This document shows positions 40,183 through 45,383 of a stretch of 45,383 nucleotides of DNA, piece by piece; within the stretch, counting starts at the first letter, position 1; every line of letters starts with the position of its first letter. The notes beneath the pieces are model-generated. The model was not told the DNA's origin and made no database searches. It saw nothing but the letters and a program-made list of their open reading frames with translations. The stretch is from an uncultured Chloroflexia bacterium (GTDB lineage: Bacteria; Chloroflexota; Limnocylindria; Limnocylindrales; CSP1-4): contig CAVYBU010000020.1 in NCBI GenBank assembly GCA_963766735.1, forward strand, positions 1 through 45,383, in the 5' to 3' direction. A program made the position numbers and the translations under genes.

Positions 40183-40234
40183 CCTGTTGCTGCAAACTCC
40201 GCCGAACGATCGGCGCAGCGATCGGGGAGGGTGA

Positions 40235-43200
40235 ATGACCAACGCAGACGCGCCGGAGCCCGGCTCCGCCGACGGGCCTACGGAGCCTCCCGGCGTATTG
40301 CCGCCGGGCGCCCGGGCGGAGGCGGAGCTCCGGACGTTCCTGATCGCCGACATCCGCGGCTACACGACGTACACGCAGGAGAACGGCGCCGACGCGGCCG
40401 CCGAGCTCGCCGGCCGGTTCGCAGCAATCGTCCGCGAGGTCGTCACTGCCCATGACGGGTTCCTCCTCGAGTTGCGTGGCGACGAAGCGCTCGTCGTCTT
40501 CGTCCTCGCCCGTCACGCTCTCCGGGCCGCGCTCGAGCTCCAGTCCCGGTTCGCTGCCGAGCTCGCTCGCGGCGTCGGCATCGGGCTCGACGCCGGCGAG
40601 GCCATCCCGGTCGAGGGCGGCTACCGCGGCAGCGCACTGAACCTCGCCGCCCGCCTCTGCGGCCAGGCGGGACCGGGTGAGACGCTCGCCTCCGAGGCGG
40701 TCATCCACCTCGCGGCCAAGGTCGAGGGGGTCGGCTACGCGGACCCGCGGACGTACCGCCTCAAGGGCATCGAGCAGCCGATCCGGGCGATGCACATCGT
40801 GGTCCCAGAGCTGGGCTCCAAGAAGCCGATCCGCTACGGCGGTGATGGACGGCGCGCGGACCGCCGCCTGCTCGCCGCGGGCGGGGTCGGCCTGGCCGCG
40901 CTCGCCCTCGTCACCGTCGTCGTGTCGGGAGCGTTGGGCGGATCTGGCGGCGCCGCGCCGAGTCCGAGTGGCGCCGCCGCGTCAGGATCTCCCTCGCCAG
41001 TCGCCTCTCCCGAGCTCGTTGCGTACGAAGACCTCCCGGCGATCGCGTACCTGGACCCGGCGACCGGTCAAGCGACGAGCGTCAAGCAGGTGGACGAGCG
41101 GATCGAGAGTGTTGCGTTCGATGACGGCGCCTTCTGGCTGTCCTCGCCACCGTTCACCAACATCGTGGCGCTCGACCCCGCCACGCACGAGCGGATCCGC
41201 ACTGTCTCCCACCCGGTGGCAACGCCGCAGGACATCAGGGTGGCCGACGGCATCATGTGGGTGGACGACTTCGATCGGCCGCGGGTGGTCGGCGTGGACG
41301 TTGCCACGTCGAGGGTGGTGCACGACTACGACCTGCCGAGCGAGGACGGCGGCGGCACCGCCGGTCTTGCCTTCGCCGACGGTTCGCTCTGGGTGGGCAC
41401 CAGGCACTCCGAGGAGCTCTTTCGCCTGGACCCCGCGACCGGTGACGTGGAGGCCACGATCCCCGTGGCGTCTCCTGTCCTGGCCTCCGACGGCGACCTG
41501 CTCATCGCCCAGAGTTCTGGGAAGTTGCACCGGATCGACACGGCCCGGAACGTCGTCCTGTGGAGCACCGCCGAGATCACCGCCCCTGACATCTGGACGG
41601 CCGTTGCGTTCGGCGGCGGCTACATCTGGGTCAGTGACGACACGCGGGGGACCGTCACGAAGGTCGAGCCGACGACCGGAAAGGTCGTCAGGGTCTTCGA
41701 CGTCGGGGTCGGCGCCCTGCCGATGGCGGCCGCGGGGAACACGCTGTGGGTCGCCGTGCAGGACGCGGGAAGGCTGGTCGCCATCGACATGACGACGGGC
41801 GAGACGCGGGACGTCGACATCGGTCACTTCATCGGTGGCCTGGCGGCGTCGGACAGCGAGCTTCTCGTCAGCCTGGATCGCACGGGAGACGACGTGATCG
41901 CGCACCTCTCGGGCGACGTCCTCACGATCACCGCGCCTACCTTCCCGTTCCACGATCCTGACCCCGCGAGGAACGGCTCGTTCCAGGGTCGCCAGGCAGC
42001 CTACGCGACCTGTGCGGGCCTTCTGCGCTATGCGGACATGCCCGCGCCCGAAGGTTGGGCCCTCGTGCCCGAGGTGGCGGTCGCGCTGCCCGACGTCTCG
42101 GCCGACGGGACGACATACACCTTCGCCGTTCGGCCGGGCTGGAAGTTCTCGGACGGCCAGGCGCTGACGGCGGAGACCTACCGATCCTCGATCGAACGGG
42201 CACTGTCACCCGAGCTGGACAGCTGGTTCGGGCGCCGCTACGCGCCACCGTTGGTCGGCCTGCAGGCGTACCTCGACGGAACTGCGACGCACGTCGAGGG
42301 CATCGCGGTGGACGGAGAGCGGATCACCTTCACACTCGCCGAGCCAGCCGGCGACTTCCTCGACCTGCTGACGCTCCCCTGGTTCTGTCCGGTGCCCACA
42401 GGGACACCGGCTGTCCCCAACCTCGACCCTACGCCACCCTTCCCGTCAGCCGGTCCGTACTACCTGGCCGAGCACCTGTCCGCTGAGCTGGCGGTCTTCA
42501 AGCGCAACCCGAACTACGCGGGTGACCGGCCGCAACCGTTCGACGCGATCGTCTTCCGCGAGGGGATCGAGCCCGGCACGGCCGTCTCGCTCGTCGATGC
42601 GGGCGCGTACGACGCCGTTGCCGACGAAACCGGGGAGCTGAGCGTCCAAAGCGCGCTGGCCCGGACCTGGGGACCCGGCAGCGACAATGCAGTGGCGGGT
42701 GACCAGCGCTGGTTCGGAGGCGCACGACCCGCCACCGGCTTCCTCGCGCTCAACCCGGCTGACCCCTTGCTGAAGGACCCTCAGGTCCGTCGCGCGATCA
42801 GCCTGGCCCTCGACCGATCGGCGCTGGCCGCTCCTTCGAACGAGACGCCATCCGACCGGCTTCTCAGCCCGGCGGTGCGCGGATCTGACCTCTCCGATCC
42901 TCCAGTCCCGGCGCCCGACCTGGAGGCCGCCCGAGCACTGATGGCCGGCCGGACCGGGACCCTCGTGCTCGCCACCGGCCCGGAGGGTGAATGCGCGACC
43001 TGCGACGCCCGGGCCAATGCTGTGGTCGGCCAGCTGGCCGCCATCGGCCTGACCGTCGAGATCAAACGTCACCCGTGGGCGGAGCTCGGAGCAGCCATCA
43101 CGGCTCCCGACTCGACGGTGGACCTGTGGCTTGAGCCCGTCTGGGCGGACTATCCGGACCCGGTCGCCATGCTACGCGGGCTGCACGATCTGGCCGCCCT

Positions 43201-43426
43201 CCCGGAGGGCGACCTGGCCGAGCTCGATCGCCTCGAGGCCCTGGCGGGCCAGGAGCGCGTCGACGCCGCCGTGGCCCTCGCGACAAAGGTCACCGAGACC
43301 GACCACCTCGTCCTGCCGTTCGGCTACCGCGTCTACCCCATGTACCTCGGCGCCGACGTCGGCTGTGCCTTCGTGCAGCCGGCGATTGGGGCGGTCGACC
43401 TGCTGAGCTTGTGCCGGAAGCCCTGA
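40235..43426 (+). CDS. Class III nucleotide cyclase + TM + beta-propeller + family 5 solute-binding domain fusion
   Basis: FLIADIRGYT, RGDEALVVF, ALNLAARL; TM; DGSLWV/GGYIWV repeats; VSADGTTYTF, SAGPYY, KRNPNY, VRRAISLALDR. Confidence 0.9.
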   Translation: MTNADAPEPGSADGPTEPPGVLPPGARAEAELRTFLIADIRGYTTYTQENGADAAAELAGRFAAIVREVVTAHDGFLLELRGDEALVVFVLARHALRAALELQSRFAAELARGVGIGLDAGEAIPVEGGYRGSALNLAARLCGQAGPGETLASEAVIHLAAKVEGVGYADPRTYRLKGIEQPIRAMHIVVPELGSKKPIRYGGDGRRADRRLLAAGGVGLAALALVTVVVSGALGGSGGAAPSPSGAAASGSPSPVASPELVAYEDLPAIAYLDPATGQATSVKQVDERIESVAFDDGAFWLSSPPFTNIVALDPATHERIRTVSHPVATPQDIRVADGIMWVDDFDRPRVVGVDVATSRVVHDYDLPSEDGGGTAGLAFADGSLWVGTRHSEELFRLDPATGDVEATIPVASPVLASDGDLLIAQSSGKLHRIDTARNVVLWSTAEITAPDIWTAVAFGGGYIWVSDDTRGTVTKVEPTTGKVVRVFDVGVGALPMAAAGNTLWVAVQDAGRLVAIDMTTGETRDVDIGHFIGGLAASDSELLVSLDRTGDDVIAHLSGDVLTITAPTFPFHDPDPARNGSFQGRQAAYATCAGLLRYADMPAPEGWALVPEVAVALPDVSADGTTYTFAVRPGWKFSDGQALTAETYRSSIERALSPELDSWFGRRYAPPLVGLQAYLDGTATHVEGIAVDGERITFTLAEPAGDFLDLLTLPWFCPVPTGTPAVPNLDPTPPFPSAGPYYLAEHLSAELAVFKRNPNYAGDRPQPFDAIVFREGIEPGTAVSLVDAGAYDAVADETGELSVQSALARTWGPGSDNAVAGDQRWFGGARPATGFLALNPADPLLKDPQVRRAISLALDRSALAAPSNETPSDRLLSPAVRGSDLSDPPVPAPDLEAARALMAGRTGTLVLATGPEGECATCDARANAVVGQLAAIGLTVEIKRHPWAELGAAITAPDSTVDLWLEPVWADYPDPVAMLRGLHDLAALPEGDLAELDRLEALAGQERVDAAVALATKVTETDHLVLPFGYRVYPMYLGADVGCAFVQPAIGAVDLLSLCRKP

Positions 43427-43472
43427 TCGTGACGTGGCGCGCGATCGCGCGATCAGTGGTCGGGCCTGGACC

Positions 43473-43510
43473 TGGCGCGCCCGGAGGGATCCGAACACGC
43501 AGGAACAACA
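43473..43510 (+). repeat. tRNA-Arg-3'-like recombination-site repeat
   Basis: TGGCGCGCCCGGAGGGATCCGAACACGCAGGAACAACA; first 24 nt match the reverse complement of GTTCGAATCCCTCCGGGCGCGCCA with one mismatch. Confidence 0.93.
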
Positions 43511-43653
43511 CGCGTCGCACCGCGGTATCACACGGACGATGCATGACGCGCAGGAGGGACCGGTGGGCCGCGCGGCGTACCCATTGGGTTGGCGCTCACT
43601 GGCTGGGTCGACGTATGTGGTCGTCCAGTCGATGGGCCCCTTCGCGTCCGCCG

Positions 43654-44166
43654 TCAGGCCGCGTAGCCGCCCCGCAGCGCGGCCAGGATGTCCTGCCATT
43701 CCCGGTCCTGGGGATCGCCGGCGCCCCGGGCGAGGATGGTGCCGTCGCGGGTCACGACCAGTGCGTGGACCTCGTCACCACCCGGGATCGCAAGGGACCG
43801 CTGGAACCTGCCCACGTCGGTGTAGATCGTGATCGTCCGGGCGAGGACGTCCGGGTCGCCGATGCCCGACGTCATGCCGCCATCGATGAATCGCCGGACC
43901 GGCCGCCACGCGGTGGCGAGGACGGGCAGCTCCACCACGGCAACGGGCAGCGCGCCGGTGTGGCCCCGAGGCGTCGGGGGCACGCCATCCGCCACGGCAC
44001 GAGCGATCCAGCGGTCCACCCGGGCCTGGTGCCATTGTCGGAACGCCACGACGGCCAGCGTCCGTTCGGCGGGGAACTCGCGCGGGAGCGCAAGCTCCAC
44101 GCCCAGGAGCGAGCGACCGGTGACGGCAGGGAAGCGGGCGGCGGTCCCGCCGGCGTCGGCGGTCAT
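43654..44166 (-). CDS. Conserved hypothetical protein, possibly ATP10-like/thioredoxin-like
   Basis: FPAVTGRSLLG..LP.EF, VVAFRQWHQARVDRW, ELPVL, RRFIDGGM.SGI, RTITIYTD. Confidence 0.65.
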   Translation of the reverse strand: MTADAGGTAARFPAVTGRSLLGVELALPREFPAERTLAVVAFRQWHQARVDRWIARAVADGVPPTPRGHTGALPVAVVELPVLATAWRPVRRFIDGGMTSGIGDPDVLARTITIYTDVGRFQRSLAIPGGDEVHALVVTRDGTILARGAGDPQDREWQDILAALRGGYAA

Positions 44167-44191
44167 CGCGGGGCAGCCCGTCTGCCGTGCA

Positions 44192-45085
44192 TCAGGAACC
44201 CGTCCCGGGATCGGGCAGGGGATCGACCCCGGTGAGCCCAGCGGCGAGCTCCCAGAAGCGGCGGGCCCTGCCCGCATCGTGAGACTCCGGGCTGGAGTCG
44301 ATGGGCCGCCGCTCTCCAAAGAACTGGCCCCCGACGCCCACGATGGACGGATCGACGGCCATGAAGGCGAGCGAGTCCGCGGCGGCATCCACCGACGTAG
44401 CGAACGGCATGCGGGGAAGGACGACCTGCATGAACCGCCGCTTGACGCCGTGGGCGCTGGCGGAGGCGGTCGCCGGCACGAAGCCCGGACACACGGCATT
44501 CGAGGTGATCGAGCGGGGCGGCAGGCGGCGCTGGAGCTCGTAGGCCAGCCACACCACCGCGAGCTTGGAGTTCTTGTAGGCGCGGTCGGGCTGGTAGCCG
44601 CGCTCCAGCTGCGGATCGTCGAAGTCGAAGTCCACCGGGACGCCGCGCGAGTCCGGCAGGTGGAGCCGGGAGCTGACGAAGACGACGCGGGAGGAAGGCG
44701 ACCGCTCGAGCAACGGCAGCATCAGGCCCGTCGTCAGGTAGGGCGCCAGGTCGTTGACGGCCAGCGTCTCCTCGAAGCCGTCCACCGTGACCCTGCGGGT
44801 CGGGCTCTGCTGCATGATGCCGGCGACGTGGAACAGGACGTCGATGGGCGCATCGAGCTCCAGCTGGGCGTCTGCGAACGCCCGCACGGCGGCCAGTGAG
44901 GAGAGGTCCACGGCCCGCGGTTCCACGAGAGCGCCGGGATGCCGCTGCCGGATCTCCGTCGCCGCGGTCTCCGCAGCAGACGGGGTCCGGGCCGTCAGCA
45001 GGACGCGGTGGCCGGCCGCGGCGAGCTTCTCCGCGGTGGCTCTCCCGAGGCCTCGCCCGCCCCCGGTGATCAGGATGGTCGTCAT
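44192..45085 (-). CDS. SDR oxidoreductase (retinol dehydrogenase-like subgroup)
   Basis: ITGGGRGLG, DLSSLAAVR, DGFEETLAVN, YKNSK (YxxxK), NAVCPGFV. Confidence 0.93.
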   Translation of the reverse strand: MTTILITGGGRGLGRATAEKLAAAGHRVLLTARTPSAAETAATEIRQRHPGALVEPRAVDLSSLAAVRAFADAQLELDAPIDVLFHVAGIMQQSPTRRVTVDGFEETLAVNDLAPYLTTGLMLPLLERSPSSRVVFVSSRLHLPDSRGVPVDFDFDDPQLERGYQPDRAYKNSKLAVVWLAYELQRRLPPRSITSNAVCPGFVPATASASAHGVKRRFMQVVLPRMPFATSVDAAADSLAFMAVDPSIVGVGGQFFGERRPIDSSPESHDAGRARRFWELAAGLTGVDPLPDPGTGS

Positions 45086-45369
45086 CGCACGACCATCGTA
45101 GTCGCGTGTCGCGGACGCGGGGCCTCAGCCTGCATCGGCGCTCGAGGGACGTCGGTCAGTGGGAGCGTCACGAACATTCGAGTCCCGGTCGCGCGGCACC
45201 AAACCTTCGGGGTCGTCTCTTGGGTGGTGACCGCATGGGCACCGAACCGCGCGTCGCCCATGTCGCCGACTGACGCAACCGATGGCACCTTTCGCAGCGT
45301 CGCAACGGCTGGCGCGATCGCCAACCCATGGCGCCGCTGGTCAGTCACCTATGTCGCGACTCGGGACAA

Positions 45370-45383
45370 TGGCGCGCCCGGAG
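45370..45383 (-). tRNA. Possible 3' terminus of tRNA-Arg, or another repeat copy, cut by the window edge
   Basis: Reverse complement CTCCGGGCGCGCCA = part of T-stem, acceptor strand CGGGCGC, discriminator G, CCA; only 14 nt visible. Confidence 0.4.

Larger units (their letters stand above)
31099..45383. mobile_element. Putative tandem array of integrase-less gene cassettes delimited by tRNA-3'-like sites; probably extends further left
   Basis: Seven same-orientation intergenic sites bounding six units of about 3.2, 2.0, 0.13, 2.9, 3.9 and 1.9 kb with unrelated cargo. Confidence 0.65.

Noticed and set aside
39484-43510. Complete tRNA genes at the repeat copies
   Set aside because: Only 21-24 nt of T-arm/acceptor sequence match; no D-arm or anticodon arm can be folded.
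31099-45383. Repeats as a CRISPR array
   Set aside because: Spacing is 0.13-4 kb and the intervals contain whole genes; no cas genes.
31099-45383. Classical integron with attC sites
   Set aside because: No RYYYAAC/GTTRRRY boxes, no IntI, cargo in both orientations, and the sites match a tRNA 3' end.

Overview
High-GC bacterial accessory region. The gene content resembles Chloroflexota (Limnocylindria-like) or Actinomycetota; this is inference only. It holds about 30 functionally unrelated genes: two TetR/MFS pairs, EamA, M28 and M20 peptidases, two class III nucleotide cyclases, SARP+DUF4242, a PEP-utilising enzyme, ferrochelatase, VanW, a 2TM-RCK-RyR protein next to a TIR protein, ECF sigma/anti-sigma, SGNH lipoprotein and SDRs, plus at least 7 frameshifted or truncated genes. 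The main signal is a ~38-bp intergenic motif, TGG-CGCGCCCG-GAGGG(AT/CG)T-CGGGCGCGC-AGGAACAAC. It recurs in one orientation at 31099, 36387, 36552, 39484, 43473 and 45370, with more eroded copies further left (34316, 16945, 15252, 10374, 9077). Its left part is the reverse complement of a tRNA-Arg-type 3' end (...CGAATCCCTCCGGGCGCGCCA), and the core is a 9-bp inverted repeat around an 8-bp asymmetric spacer, as in tyrosine-recombinase sites. The copies split the right half of the window into 0.13-4 kb gene units, none with an integrase. This suggests an integron-like cassette array growing at a tRNA-Arg 3' end at or just beyond the right edge. Supporting signs are a VOC gene cut at one site, a gene-sized duplication with only synonymous changes, and broad decay of sites away from the right end. 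No recombinase or complete tRNA is visible, so the mechanism is inferred.
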